Shown piece by piece: positions 36,949 to 46,633 of a stretch of 64,000 nucleotides of DNA (its first letter is position 1; each line of letters starts with the position of its first letter). The position numbers and the translations under genes are program-made. Source of the stretch: Clostridia bacterium (lineage in GTDB: Bacteria > Bacillota > Clostridia > Oscillospirales > Acutalibacteraceae); contig JAFPCP010000029.1 in the NCBI GenBank assembly GCA_017423825.1, positions 15,521 through 79,520 on the forward strand, given 5' to 3'. The notes under the pieces are model-generated. The model was given only the letters and a program-made list of their open reading frames with translations, searched no databases and was not told the DNA's origin.

Positions 36949-39912
36949 ATGTTAGAGGTTAAAAATGTTACAAAAGTGTATAAGAGTAAGAATGGTGTGG
37001 ACGTTCACGCACTGGATGGTGTTACGTTGCGCTTTCCAACCACCGGTATGGTGTTCCTTTTGGGTAAAAGCGGCAGCGGCAAGTCGACTTTGCTGAATGT
37101 TTGCGGTGGCTTGGATGCGCCTACGCAAGGCGAAATCATTGTAAAAGGGCGTAGTAGCCAGTCCTTTTCCCAAAGCGATTTTGATAGTTATCGCAACACC
37201 TACGTGGGCTTTATTTTTCAGGAATATAACATATTAAATGAATTCTCTGTGGAGGATAACATTGCGCTTGCTTTGGAGTTGCAAGGGCAACCTAAAAACA
37301 AAGAGGTTATTGACGCCCTGCTCAATGATGTCGACCTGTCCGGTTTTGCAAAACGCAAACCAAACACGTTGTCCGGTGGACAAAAGCAGCGCATTGCGAT
37401 TGCGCGTGCGCTCGTAAAATCACCCGAAATCATTATGGCGGACGAGCCGACCGGCGCCTTGGACTCCAATACCGGAAAACAGGTGTTGGATACGCTGAAA
37501 AAACTCTCCAAAGATAAACTGGTGTTGGTGGTGTCCCACGACCGGGAGTTTGCCGAGCAGTATGCCGACCGCATCATCGAGCTGAAAGACGGCAAAGTGT
37601 TGTCGGATGTCAGCAAAACCGAGCTGGAAAAGCAGTCACTCACGGAGAATGTGCATTCCTTGGGAGATGTTTTATGCGTTAAGAACGGCACGGGGTTGGA
37701 TGAGTCGGATTTCGAAAAAATCAAGGCTTTTCTCAAACAATCCGACACGGATGTGATTATCGCAAACAACACAGCGGACGTGCAAAAGTTCAAAAAGGTC
37801 AGCCATATTAACGAGGACGGCGGAAAAGAAGTGTTCCGCGAAACGGATGAAAATGGCGTGGAGAAACGGAAATATACCCCTGAGGAAAGCCGCTTTATTC
37901 GTTCGAAACTGCCCGCAAAACATGCGGTAAAAATAGGCCTTTCCAGTTTGAAAAATAAACCCTTCCGCCTGTTGTTTACGGTGCTGTTATGCACGGTGGC
38001 TTTCGTTATGTTCGGTCTGTTGTCTACGCTGAGTTTTTATAACAGCGAGGCAACCTTCCGCCAGACATTCCAGGACATCGAGACCTCTGTGGCACAAGTC
38101 ACCAAGGTTTATAGTGTGGATGTGTCTTGGTATTATAACGGAGAAAAGGAATCCACCTACCAAGCGGTGTACGATACGCGTTTCACCCAAGCGGATTTTG
38201 AAAAAATGCAACAAGATTTCGGCAAGGATGTTTTTGGTGGTGTGCCGGTGTCCATGTCGCTGAACGTGCGCGCGACCGCAGCGCCGTATTGGGTGAATCG
38301 CCTATCCGGTCTTGCTTATCTGCCGGAGGAAAACTCTTTGCGCGGAAAAATCACCGGCAATTATCCTAAAAATCAAAACGAAATTGTGCTTTCCACCTAT
38401 ATGGCGCAGTCGCTTGTGAATTGCAAGCCCTACGATGCAAAAGGCAAATCATTGGAGCTTTCGAATGCTTCGGAGTTGATTGGCAAAGCCCTTGTTATAG
38501 AGGGAAACACCTATACGGTGGTAGGCCTGCTGGACAGCGGCAATTTGCCAGAACGGTTTGAATCGCTTAAAAATACACAGGAAGCACCGGATTTGTTGAT
38601 GATGGACTTTAATGCGTCGTTAGAGGACGGTTTGCATCTGGTTGGTTTTGTTTCGTATGATAGATTGGAAAAGGTCGCACAGGAAAACAAACCGTACGCG
38701 GAAGACCGAACCAGCTATCAATCCGTGGTGGCTGCGATCGCGCTGACCGGTGGTGGCGAAAGCGCGTTTCCGGAATATGCGAATGCCCATTATATGGCGT
38801 ACGCCGACCTGCCGGAAGGCACGGCGTATACGCCTTTGGTCCCCGGGAAAACAAAACCGGGTGACAACGAGGTGGTTGTTTGCACCTCTACGTTTTATTC
38901 GTTGGTAAGGGAAGCGGTAAGCAAGGCCTATTCAGCGGCGATTGAAAAGGACGGCATGGCACCGGAAAAATTGGAAAAATTGCAAACGTTGACGCACGAG
39001 TTGGTCAACGGTGGGGTATACACGTACAACAAAACCAATCAAAAAGAAGAGTTGCGTGTGTTCACCGAGGCGGAGAAATCTCAAAAAATAAAGCAGTTGA
39101 TTTCTTTGTTAAAGCAAAACGGTATTGCCCTGAAATTAGAGCTTAAACTTTTCAATATGAACGACCAAATGGCGATAGGTGAGTCGCGCAAGTTTGACAT
39201 CGTAGGCATCAGCAGTTATGGCGGCAACCAATTTTCAAACGACTATATTCTTGTGAGCGATGCCACCGAGGAAACTTTGTGGGATGAACAAAAACGCACC
39301 ACAGAGTATTATACAGAGGTTTCCACTCTGTACAAAGCGACGGATGCGGATGTTTACGGAAGAATTTTTCTGCCGTTTGACGGCTCACAAGCTTCCATCG
39401 ACCATTTTTGGAGATTGTATAAAAACCAAGCGTTTGAATCGGATGGCAGCCGCGTCGATCTCACTGGCTCTGTGGTGGAAAAACTCCGCTTGATTGACAG
39501 CACGGTGCATGAATTGTCAAAAGTGTTTTTGTATGTCGGTCTGGTGTTGGCTGTTTTCGCGGCTTTGCTGCTGTCGAACTTCATCTCGGTATCCATATCC
39601 CAGAAAAAACGTGAAATTGGCATTTTGCGTGCGGTTGGTGCGCGGAGCTTGGATGTGTTTAAGATATTCTTCTCCGAATCCTTCTTTATCACGGTCGTGT
39701 GCGTGTTGCTCTCCGCAGCGGGTAGCATGGTGATTTGCAGCCTTATCAATGCCCAATTATCTGCCGGAATCGGTGCTTCCATATTGGTGTTTGGTCCGGC
39801 GTCCTTTGCGGTGTTGTTGGCGGTTTCGTTTGTGACGGCTGTGTTGGCCACCTTCTTGCCGGTATACAACGCCGCCAGGAAGAAACCGGTGGAGTCGATT
39901 CGTTCTATATAA
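36949..39912 (+). CDS. MacB-like fused ABC ATPase / FtsX-family permease with very large extracytoplasmic domain
   Basis: N-terminal NBD (GKSGSGKST, LSGGQKQRIAIARAL, IMADEPT), TM1 near residue 340, about 490 residues with no predicted TM, then three C-terminal TMs with the FtsX signature. Confidence 0.88.
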   Translation: MLEVKNVTKVYKSKNGVDVHALDGVTLRFPTTGMVFLLGKSGSGKSTLLNVCGGLDAPTQGEIIVKGRSSQSFSQSDFDSYRNTYVGFIFQEYNILNEFSVEDNIALALELQGQPKNKEVIDALLNDVDLSGFAKRKPNTLSGGQKQRIAIARALVKSPEIIMADEPTGALDSNTGKQVLDTLKKLSKDKLVLVVSHDREFAEQYADRIIELKDGKVLSDVSKTELEKQSLTENVHSLGDVLCVKNGTGLDESDFEKIKAFLKQSDTDVIIANNTADVQKFKKVSHINEDGGKEVFRETDENGVEKRKYTPEESRFIRSKLPAKHAVKIGLSSLKNKPFRLLFTVLLCTVAFVMFGLLSTLSFYNSEATFRQTFQDIETSVAQVTKVYSVDVSWYYNGEKESTYQAVYDTRFTQADFEKMQQDFGKDVFGGVPVSMSLNVRATAAPYWVNRLSGLAYLPEENSLRGKITGNYPKNQNEIVLSTYMAQSLVNCKPYDAKGKSLELSNASELIGKALVIEGNTYTVVGLLDSGNLPERFESLKNTQEAPDLLMMDFNASLEDGLHLVGFVSYDRLEKVAQENKPYAEDRTSYQSVVAAIALTGGGESAFPEYANAHYMAYADLPEGTAYTPLVPGKTKPGDNEVVVCTSTFYSLVREAVSKAYSAAIEKDGMAPEKLEKLQTLTHELVNGGVYTYNKTNQKEELRVFTEAEKSQKIKQLISLLKQNGIALKLELKLFNMNDQMAIGESRKFDIVGISSYGGNQFSNDYILVSDATEETLWDEQKRTTEYYTEVSTLYKATDADVYGRIFLPFDGSQASIDHFWRLYKNQAFESDGSRVDLTGSVVEKLRLIDSTVHELSKVFLYVGLVLAVFAALLLSNFISVSISQKKREIGILRAVGARSLDVFKIFFSESFFITVVCVLLSAAGSMVICSLINAQLSAGIGASILVFGPASFAVLLAVSFVTAVLATFLPVYNAARKKPVESIRSI

Positions 39913-39923
39913 TCCATATCATC

Positions 39924-39961
39924 AAAACAGTGTAGCCCATATGGGCTACACTGTTTTTTTA
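39924..39961 (+). terminator. rho-independent terminator
   Basis: AAAACAGTGTAGCCC-ATAT-GGGCTACACTGTTTTTTT. Confidence 0.88.
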
Positions 39962-40042
39962 TTTATGTGCAGCGATTTGCCGCGCCAAACAACTATGGCA
40001 TCACACAAAATTCTTGCATACGATATAGTGAGGTGATATGCG

Positions 40043-40216
40043 ATGAACGCTTGCGAATTGACGGCATCCGTCACGGCTCTGGCCAATGTGATAGCTTGCA
40101 AATTGAACGATGACGAGATTACCTTGCTTGCCTCGGTGCTGGTTCAGCTTGGTGATACACTGGTTACAATTGCCACGCAAAGAAATATTTGCCAAAACGC
40201 AAAAGAGGAACATTAA
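40043..40216 (+). CDS. 57-aa small protein (not in ORF track), resembles small CELTA...QLGD proteins common in Clostridia
   Basis: GTGAGGTGA RBS. MNACELTASVTALANVIACKLNDDEITLLASVLVQLGDTLVTIATQRNICQNAKEEH. Preferred over the antisense 70-aa track ORF 40001-40213. Confidence 0.55.
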   Translation: MNACELTASVTALANVIACKLNDDEITLLASVLVQLGDTLVTIATQRNICQNAKEEH

Positions 40217-40271
40217 CGGTTAATATTACGCTTCTTTGGGGATGCTAAACCGAAACGGAGGCGTAGTACAA

Positions 40272-40946
40272 ATGGATATAATAAAGGTGATTTTAACATC
40301 GATTTTGTCGACTGCGACATTGTTTGTTATTGCAAAAATATTAGGGCACAAGCAGATGTCCCAGCTTGATTTTTTTGATTACATTACCGGCATCACGATC
40401 GGTTCTATCGCGGCGGAGCTTGCCACCGAATTGGAGAAACCGTGGAAGCCATTCATTGCTATGATAATTTATGGTGCGGTAACGTTTGGCTTGACCTTAC
40501 TGACCAGCAAGATGCCAAGAATGCGAAAGTTCATAAACGGAACCCCCACCATAATTATGAACGACGGCAAAATCTACCGTAAAAACATGAAAAAGGCTAA
40601 ATTGGATTTAAGCGAGTTTATGGTGATGTGTCGTCAAGAAGGGTATTTTAATCTGGACGATATTCAAACCGCCGTTTTTGAATACAACGGTAGACTGACC
40701 GTTTTACCTAAATCCACAAAGAGGCCGATAAATCCGACGGATATGAATTTGGTTCCGCCGGTTGAGTCTATCAACGTCGAGGTCATTATGGATGGCAGAA
40801 TTCTGGGTGAAAATTTAACCCGCCTTGGTCTGGATGCGGTATGGCTTGGAAAGCAATTGGAGAGTCAAGGGTACAAAAATGCAAAGCAAATTTTTCTTGG
40901 CATCTGCGATGACAAGCACCAACTCACTTTGTTTGAAATGACATAA
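40272..40946 (+). CDS. DUF421 (YetF-like) membrane protein
   Basis: LGHKQMSQLDFFDYITGITIGSIAAE matches the YetF/DUF421 N-terminal pattern. GGAGG lies upstream of the ATG at 40272. Confidence 0.8.
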   Translation: MDIIKVILTSILSTATLFVIAKILGHKQMSQLDFFDYITGITIGSIAAELATELEKPWKPFIAMIIYGAVTFGLTLLTSKMPRMRKFINGTPTIIMNDGKIYRKNMKKAKLDLSEFMVMCRQEGYFNLDDIQTAVFEYNGRLTVLPKSTKRPINPTDMNLVPPVESINVEVIMDGRILGENLTRLGLDAVWLGKQLESQGYKNAKQIFLGICDDKHQLTLFEMT

Positions 40947-40967
40947 TTTCGCCTTGTGAGCGCAATA

Positions 40968-41014
40968 AATAAAGATGGCGGTAAGGATACGTAGTCCTTA
41001 CCACCATCTTTATT
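40968..41014. terminator. 20-bp hairpin between convergent genes
   Basis: AATAAAGATGGCGGTAAGGA-TACGTAG-TCCTTACCACCATCTTTATT (one mismatch). Confidence 0.7.
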
Positions 41015-41037
41015 AGGAATAAATTCGGTGGATAGCA

Positions 41038-42225
41038 TTAGAGGCCCGCTGCCTGTTTGAGAGCATCGGTTTTGTCGGTGCGCTCCCACACAACGTCTAA
41101 ATCCTCGCGGCCGATATGTCCGTACGCGGCCAGTTGACGATAGATGGGGCGGCGCAATTGCAACGTGTCGATAATTGCGGCCGGGCGGAAGTCAAAGACT
41201 TTGGTCACCGCCTCGGCAATCTGGTCATCGGATATAATGCCGGTGCCGGCGGTGTCCACCATGACGGACACCGGGCGCGCTACGCCGATGGCGTAGGCTA
41301 ACTGAATCTCGCATCGCTCGGCCATACCGGCGGCAACGACGTTTTTGGCGGCATAGCGCGCCATATAACAAGCGGAACGGTCCACTTTGGTGGGATCTTT
41401 TCCGGAGAAAGCGCCGCCGCCGTGACGGGCATATCCGCCGTAGGTGTCGACAATGATTTTGCGTCCGGTGAGGCCGGTGTCGCCCTGCGGACCGCCGACG
41501 ACAAAGCGACCGGTGGGGTTGACGTAGATTTTGGTGTTTTCGTCGATCAGATCAGCCGGGATGATCGGCGTGATGACGTGGGCGATAATATCTTGGCGAA
41601 TGGTGGCTAAATCCACACTATCGCTGTGTTGGGTGGAAACGACCACGGCTTCTGCGCGAAGGGGTTGTCCGTCGGCATATTCTATGGTCACTTGCGCCTT
41701 GCCGTCCGGGCGCAAATAGGGGAGAGTGCCTTCTTTGCGGCAGCGAGTAAGTTGTTTACAAAGATCGTGCGAAAGCGCGATCGGCATCGGCATCAACGCG
41801 GGGGTTTCTTTGCACGCGTAGCCGAACATAAGACCTTGGTCACCGGCACCAATGCGGTCATAAGCGTCCGCGCCGGTGTTGCCGCGGCTTTCCAAAGCGT
41901 CGTTGACCCCCATTGCGATGTCGGGGGATTGTTCGTCGATAGCAGAAAGTACCGAACAGGTAGCTCCGTCAAAATTGCCTTCTTCGCCGTTGTAGCCGAT
42001 ATCTTTGATGACCGACCGCGCGATAGAGGGGATGTCTACGTAGCAGTTGGTGGAAATTTCCCCCATGACCATGACCATACCGGTGGTGCAAGCGGTCTCG
42101 CATGCCACGTGTGCCGTCGGATCTTGGGCGAGAATGGCGTCCAAGACGGCATCGGAAATTTGGTCACACACCTTGTCGGGGTGCCCCTCGGTGACGGATT
42201 CAGATGTGAAAAAATGGCGATTCAT
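41038..42225 (-). CDS. metK: S-adenosylmethionine synthase
   Basis: [26 protein letters not shown] and [12 protein letters not shown]. The ATG at 42225 lies after AAGGAGG, because the track ORF extends into the riboswitch. Confidence 0.96.
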   Translation of the reverse strand: MNRHFFTSESVTEGHPDKVCDQISDAVLDAILAQDPTAHVACETACTTGMVMVMGEISTNCYVDIPSIARSVIKDIGYNGEEGNFDGATCSVLSAIDEQSPDIAMGVNDALESRGNTGADAYDRIGAGDQGLMFGYACKETPALMPMPIALSHDLCKQLTRCRKEGTLPYLRPDGKAQVTIEYADGQPLRAEAVVVSTQHSDSVDLATIRQDIIAHVITPIIPADLIDENTKIYVNPTGRFVVGGPQGDTGLTGRKIIVDTYGGYARHGGGAFSGKDPTKVDRSACYMARYAAKNVVAAGMAERCEIQLAYAIGVARPVSVMVDTAGTGIISDDQIAEAVTKVFDFRPAAIIDTLQLRRPIYRQLAAYGHIGREDLDVVWERTDKTDALKQAAGL

Positions 42226-42253
42226 ACGTAAAACCTCCTTAGAAAATGAAACA

Positions 42254-42390
42254 AAAAAAGCACTCGGCAAAAGCCGAGCGCTGAAAAACCTCATCTCTCG
42301 GTTGTTACCGCAGGATTTGGCACCTTATGCATAACACAGGTTGCCGGACTTCACAGGGCCTGTTCCCTCAGTCTCTCTTGATAAGGGTAT
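42254..42390 (-). promoter_or_regulatory. SAM-I (S-box) riboswitch with terminator
   Basis: The minus strand reads CTTATCAAGAGAGACTGAGGGAACAGGCCCTGTGAAGTCCGGCAACC...GGTGCCAAATCCTGCGG...GAGAGATGAGG. The terminator AGCGCTCGGC-TTTT-GCCGAGTGCT follows, then a T-run. Confidence 0.9.
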
Positions 42391-42414
42391 GAAATTGTCG
42401 AAATACCGGGAGTT

Positions 42415-42443
42415 ACTATACCATAGCGATGCGGATTTGTCAA
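42415..42443 (-). promoter_or_regulatory. extended -10 sigma-A promoter of the S-box/metK unit
   Basis: The minus strand reads TTGACA (42443-42438), 17 nt, TGgTATAGT (-10 at 42420-42415). Confidence 0.7.
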
Positions 42444-42446
42444 CCG

Positions 42447-43103
42447 TTAAATGATTCCTTTCCAAGCTAGCATGACCAAAACAAGCGTTGCCAGAAGGAA
42501 AAGGGGTGCTATCCATACCCATTGGCGTTTGGTGTTTTGCGGATTGTTCGGGTTTTTGGGTAGTAGATGAGCGGCACGCAAAGCGGAAGAAACGCTTTTG
42601 TACAAAAGCATCGTTAAAGTGGCGTTAAGGCCGTTTTTGAGCAGATTGAAGGGGAGGAATACCGGCACCAGCATTCCGGCGATATCCTGCCGGCTGACGG
42701 CCATATACAGCGGTGTGATGAGATAGTTCCAAAGAAGCATACCGCCGGTCGCGATTATAGCACCGCACAGCAGACCGATGATGGCTCTTGACAGTGTTTT
42801 TTTGGAGTGGTAGATAATTGCGGCGGTGCATACAAATAAGCAGGAAGACAAGGCGTTCATGAGCAGACCGATGACACCTGTGTCACTTACCGTCACCATT
42901 TCAAGCAGAGCCACCGCTACCGCCATGGCGGCGCCTGTCCACGGCCCGAAAAGAAACCCGCCGATGGTGAGGATGACGTCTTTGGGCTCGTATTTAAGGA
43001 ACAACACCACCGGAATACGAATAAATGCGACCGCGGCAAAAGCCATCGCGCACAGCATCGCAATCACACACAAGCGGCGCAGTTGCCAAGAGTTGTTTTT
43101 CAT
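42447..43103 (-). CDS. ribU: ECF-transporter S component, riboflavin transporter (RibU/FmnP type)
   Basis: About 218-aa polytopic protein directly downstream of an FMN riboswitch. The ATG at 43103 lies after AGGAGG. Confidence 0.8.
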   Translation of the reverse strand: MKNNSWQLRRLCVIAMLCAMAFAAVAFIRIPVVLFLKYEPKDVILTIGGFLFGPWTGAAMAVAVALLEMVTVSDTGVIGLLMNALSSCLFVCTAAIIYHSKKTLSRAIIGLLCGAIIATGGMLLWNYLITPLYMAVSRQDIAGMLVPVFLPFNLLKNGLNATLTMLLYKSVSSALRAAHLLPKNPNNPQNTKRQWVWIAPLFLLATLVLVMLAWKGII

Positions 43104-43120
43104 AATGAAGCCTCCTAAAT

Positions 43121-43335
43121 AAAAATGCCTTGCATGGACACAGGTGTGTTCTGCAAGGCGCATGTATGCTCTTCCCGGATAGGGGAGCCGCTACGTTTCT
43201 TCTCTCATCCGGACTATACCGTCGGCTCCGGAATCTCACCGGAATCTGTCGTGTGACTGGCGGGCTTGTCCGATGATGTATGAGCATCGGCATTACCGCC
43301 GGTGGGGACTTGCACCCGCCTTGAAGAATATGTAT
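43121..43335 (-). promoter_or_regulatory. FMN riboswitch (RFN element) with terminator
   Basis: The minus strand reads TTCTTCAAGGCGGGTGCAAGTCCCCACCGGCGGTAA...AGCCCGCCAG...GATTCCGGTGAGATTCCGGAGCCGACGGTATAGTCCGGATGAGAGAAGAA. The terminator GCCTTGCA...TGCAAGGC follows, then ATTTTT. Confidence 0.9.
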
Positions 43336-43343
43336 TTGTTTGT

Positions 43344-43371
43344 ATTATACAACAAACCGGGTGTTTGTCAA
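43344..43371 (-). promoter_or_regulatory. sigma-A type promoter of the FMN riboswitch/ribU unit
   Basis: The minus strand reads TTGACA (43371-43366), 16 nt, TATAAT (43349-43344). Confidence 0.7.
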
Positions 43372-43381
43372 GAGGGTGGCG

Positions 43382-43816
43382 TCAAAGCGCTTTATAATAC
43401 GCGACCGCCAATCGGTCACAGCGCTCGTTTTCGGGATGTCCGTCGTGCCCTTTCACCCATACAAATTCGACCTCGTGCTTATCTAAAAGGGGCAACAACT
43501 GTTCCCACAAATCGCTGTTGAGAGCGGGTTTTTTATCCGCTTTTCGCCAGCCGTTTTCTTTCCAGTTATACACCCATTTTTTTGTTACGGCGTCGGTGAC
43601 ATAACGAGAATCGCTGGTCAAACGCACGCGGCATGGTTCTTTGAGAGCGGACAAAGCGGCGATGACGGCGGTTAATTCCATGCGATTGTTGGTGGTGTCT
43701 GCCTCGCCGCCGCACAGCTCTCTTTCGTGCCCTGCGTAGCGTAGAACAGCACCCCAGCCGCCCTTCCCGGGATTGCCGGAGCAGGCACCGTCCGTAAAGA
43801 TTTCCACACACTTCAT
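43382..43816 (-). CDS. rnhA: ribonuclease HI
   Basis: [24 protein letters not shown] and WVKGHDGH motifs. Confidence 0.93.
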   Translation of the reverse strand: MKCVEIFTDGACSGNPGKGGWGAVLRYAGHERELCGGEADTTNNRMELTAVIAALSALKEPCRVRLTSDSRYVTDAVTKKWVYNWKENGWRKADKKPALNSDLWEQLLPLLDKHEVEFVWVKGHDGHPENERCDRLAVAYYKAL

Positions 43817-43935
43817 TGGCATGTTCCTCCTGCTGTTTATGCGCTTATTATAACAAAATTCTTTTGCTCTTTCAAGACTGAAATGTTACAAACATGTCTA
43901 TACTAGATTCATGGGTGATGCATAGGAGGGAGTTA

Positions 43936-43964
43936 TTGACAATTTGGTGGATATAGGGTAATAT
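43936..43964 (+). promoter_or_regulatory. candidate sigma-A promoter giving a ~250-nt rnj 5' UTR
   Basis: TTGACA (43936-43941), 17 nt, TAATAT (43959-43964). Confidence 0.45.
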
Positions 43965-44220
43965 AATAAGGATGTATCATGTTCGGATGATTGTTGCCGA
44001 TTGTGGAGCGGTAACAATGGTTTGCCCGGGTATATTTTGCGGAAAAGCGGCAGGTGCGGAGCCTGCCAACCAAGCGTTGGGTACACAACGCAAAGCTCAG
44101 CGTATCCTCTTTGCAGACGTACATCCTATGAGGAAGCCTCACCATGGGTGGGGCTGGTCCCCGTTATATGGCATAACATCGCATTTGTATGAATGATTGA
44201 ACGGAAAAGGAGAATATTGA

Positions 44221-46122
44221 ATGCCTGAAAAAACGAAGCAAAACAGCCATGCTGCATCCAAAACGGCAAATGGCAAATTTAACAATACAAAAGGCAATCG
44301 TAATCAAAAAGGACAGGCGAGTGCCGATGGTCGCCGCAACACCCAGCGCACGGCACAAAAGAAAGGCCGTCCTGCTTATTATACGGCGAAAAAGAACGAC
44401 GCAGGTGCCGAGCGCCGCACATCTAAAAACACAGCCAATCGAAAAGAAAAAGCCGTCCCTGCTTTGCCGATTCATTATACGGTGTTGGGCGGTCTCAACG
44501 AAATCGGCAAGAATATGGCCGTGTTTGAATATGGTGACGACGCCTTTATCATCGACTGTGGTATGTCTTTCCCAGATGAAGATTTGCTGGGCGTGGACGT
44601 CGTGTTGCCGGATTTTTCTTACATTTTGAAGATAAAGGACAAAATTCGCGGCATTTTCATCACGCACGGACACGAAGACCATATCGGTGCCCTGCCGTAT
44701 TTGCTCAAACAGATAAACCTGCCGATATACGCAGGCCGTTTGACGGTGGCTTTGATTGACTCAAAGTTAAAAGAGCACGGTCTCTCCGGTAAGGTGAAAC
44801 TGCACGTGGTAGAGCCGCGTGGTGTCATTCATGTTGGAAAGAACATCTCGGTGGAATTTATCAGCGTGAACCATTCCATTCCGGACGCAATGGCTTTCGC
44901 CATCAAAACCCCGCTCGGCTATGTGGTGCACACCGGCGACTTTAAGATTGATTGCACGCCGGTCATGGGCCCGGTCATTGACTTGGCTCGCTTTGGTGAA
45001 TTGGGTAATCAAGGCGTATTAGCGTTGCTTGCGGATTCCACCAATGCTGAGCGCGCCGGATACACCCCCAGCGAGCACGTCGTAGGGGATAGTTTTACGA
45101 CATTGTTCCAGAAAGCGGAGAAAAAGCGTATCATCGTGGCCACTTTCTCCTCTAATTTGCCGCGTATACAGCAGATTATGTCTGCCTCGGCGAAGGAAGG
45201 ACGCAAGGTGGCGGTTTCCGGTCGCAGTATGATCAATTTTGTGGCCATTGCGCAAGAATTGGGTTATTTGCATGTTCCGGAAGGCTTGCTGATTGACATT
45301 GATGCTATTAACCACTATCCCAAAGACAAAGTGACGCTGATCACCACCGGCAGTCAGGGAGAGCCTATGTCGGCGCTCAGCCGCATGGCCTTCTCTGACC
45401 ATCGCAAAGTGGAGGTCGGCCCGGATGACTGCATCATTATATCCGCCACCCCGATTCCGGGGAACGAGAAAACGGTCGGCAAAGTGGTCAACGAACTCAT
45501 GAAACATGGGTGCGACGTGGTTTATGAAAAAATGTATGATGTTCACGTGTCTGGACACGCGTGTCAGGAAGAATTGAAGATCATCCAAAGTCTGATACGC
45601 CCCAAATTCTTTATACCGGTGCACGGCGAGCAAAAACATCTGTATAAACACGCGAATTTGGCAAAATCCATGGGCCTTTCCAATCAACATGTGTTGATTA
45701 CCGAAATCGGTAAAACCATCGAAATCACAGCGGATAAAATGAGTGTTGTCGGATCGGTACCCGCTGGGCGTGTGCTGGTGGACGGTCTCGGCGTGGGTGA
45801 TGTGGGTAGCATTGTGTTGCGTGACCGTAAACACTTGGCGGAGGACGGTTTGATTGTGGTGGTGGCTTCGATAGACGGTGTCACCGGTGAGTTGGTGTCC
45901 GGTCCGGATATCGTTACGCGCGGATTTGTGTATGTGCGCGAAGCGGAGACGCTGATTGATGAGATCAAAGAAACCGCGCGAAGAGCTTTGGAGGATTGCT
46001 GTCGCAACCCGCATTGCGACTGGGCTACGATGAAAACGCGTGTGCGGGATGACCTGTCCAGACAGTTGTTCCAAAAAACGAAGCGCAGTCCTATGATTCT
46101 GCCGATTATTATGAATGTTTGA
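44221..46122 (+). CDS. rnj: ribonuclease J with ~80-aa basic low-complexity N-terminal extension
   Basis: The beta-lactamase/beta-CASP core starts near residue 83 (IHYTVLGGLNEIGKNM, HGHEDHIGALPY). AAGGAG lies 8 nt upstream of the ATG at 44221. Confidence 0.92.
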   Translation: MPEKTKQNSHAASKTANGKFNNTKGNRNQKGQASADGRRNTQRTAQKKGRPAYYTAKKNDAGAERRTSKNTANRKEKAVPALPIHYTVLGGLNEIGKNMAVFEYGDDAFIIDCGMSFPDEDLLGVDVVLPDFSYILKIKDKIRGIFITHGHEDHIGALPYLLKQINLPIYAGRLTVALIDSKLKEHGLSGKVKLHVVEPRGVIHVGKNISVEFISVNHSIPDAMAFAIKTPLGYVVHTGDFKIDCTPVMGPVIDLARFGELGNQGVLALLADSTNAERAGYTPSEHVVGDSFTTLFQKAEKKRIIVATFSSNLPRIQQIMSASAKEGRKVAVSGRSMINFVAIAQELGYLHVPEGLLIDIDAINHYPKDKVTLITTGSQGEPMSALSRMAFSDHRKVEVGPDDCIIISATPIPGNEKTVGKVVNELMKHGCDVVYEKMYDVHVSGHACQEELKIIQSLIRPKFFIPVHGEQKHLYKHANLAKSMGLSNQHVLITEIGKTIEITADKMSVVGSVPAGRVLVDGLGVGDVGSIVLRDRKHLAEDGLIVVVASIDGVTGELVSGPDIVTRGFVYVREAETLIDEIKETARRALEDCCRNPHCDWATMKTRVRDDLSRQLFQKTKRSPMILPIIMNV

Positions 46123-46152
46123 TTGCTTGTATGGTATTTGGGAGGTTTTAAT

Positions 46153-46599
46153 ATGAAGGTTATACTGAAAAAAGACGTAAAAGGGCAAGGGAAGGCCGGC
46201 GAATTAGTGACGGTATCGGACGGATACGCCCGCAATTTTCTTTTCCCGAGGCAGCTGGCTGTGATAGCGGATGCGCAGGCTATGAGCGAACTGCGCACCA
46301 AGGAAGAAGCAGCACAATACCATGCAAAAGTCGAGAAACAAGCGGCGTTGGATGCGGCTGAACAAATAAAAGATAAAACCCTGCGCATTACCGCCAAGGC
46401 GGGAACTGGCGGGCGTTTGTTTGGTTCGGTTACCACCAAAGAGGTAGCCGAGGTTTTGCAAAAGCAATTTGACATTCGTGTGGATAAGCGAAAAATCTCT
46501 ATGGAAGATATTAAAGCGTTTGGCAGTTATACGGCTGAGATAAAATTACACGCGGGTGTGACAGCCAAAGTCACAGTTATGGTAAGCGAACAGGAATAA
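46153..46599 (+). CDS. rplI: 50S ribosomal protein L9
   Basis: [32 protein letters not shown], with GGAGG upstream of the ATG at 46153. Confidence 0.95.
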   Translation: MKVILKKDVKGQGKAGELVTVSDGYARNFLFPRQLAVIADAQAMSELRTKEEAAQYHAKVEKQAALDAAEQIKDKTLRITAKAGTGGRLFGSVTTKEVAEVLQKQFDIRVDKRKISMEDIKAFGSYTAEIKLHAGVTAKVTVMVSEQE

Positions 46600-46633
46600 G
46601 CCATATTAACGGATATAGAAAGGTGGGGTTTTC

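Noticed and set aside
43972-44196. 74-aa and 63-aa plus-strand ORFs in the rnhA-rnj intergenic region
   Set aside because: The SD has no usable spacing (AAGGA abuts the ATG) and the composition is odd. The region is more likely the rnj 5' UTR.
45019-46475. 389-aa and 263-aa minus-strand ORFs antisense to rnj/rplI
   Set aside because: They are shadow ORFs. The plus-strand genes have unambiguous catalytic motifs.
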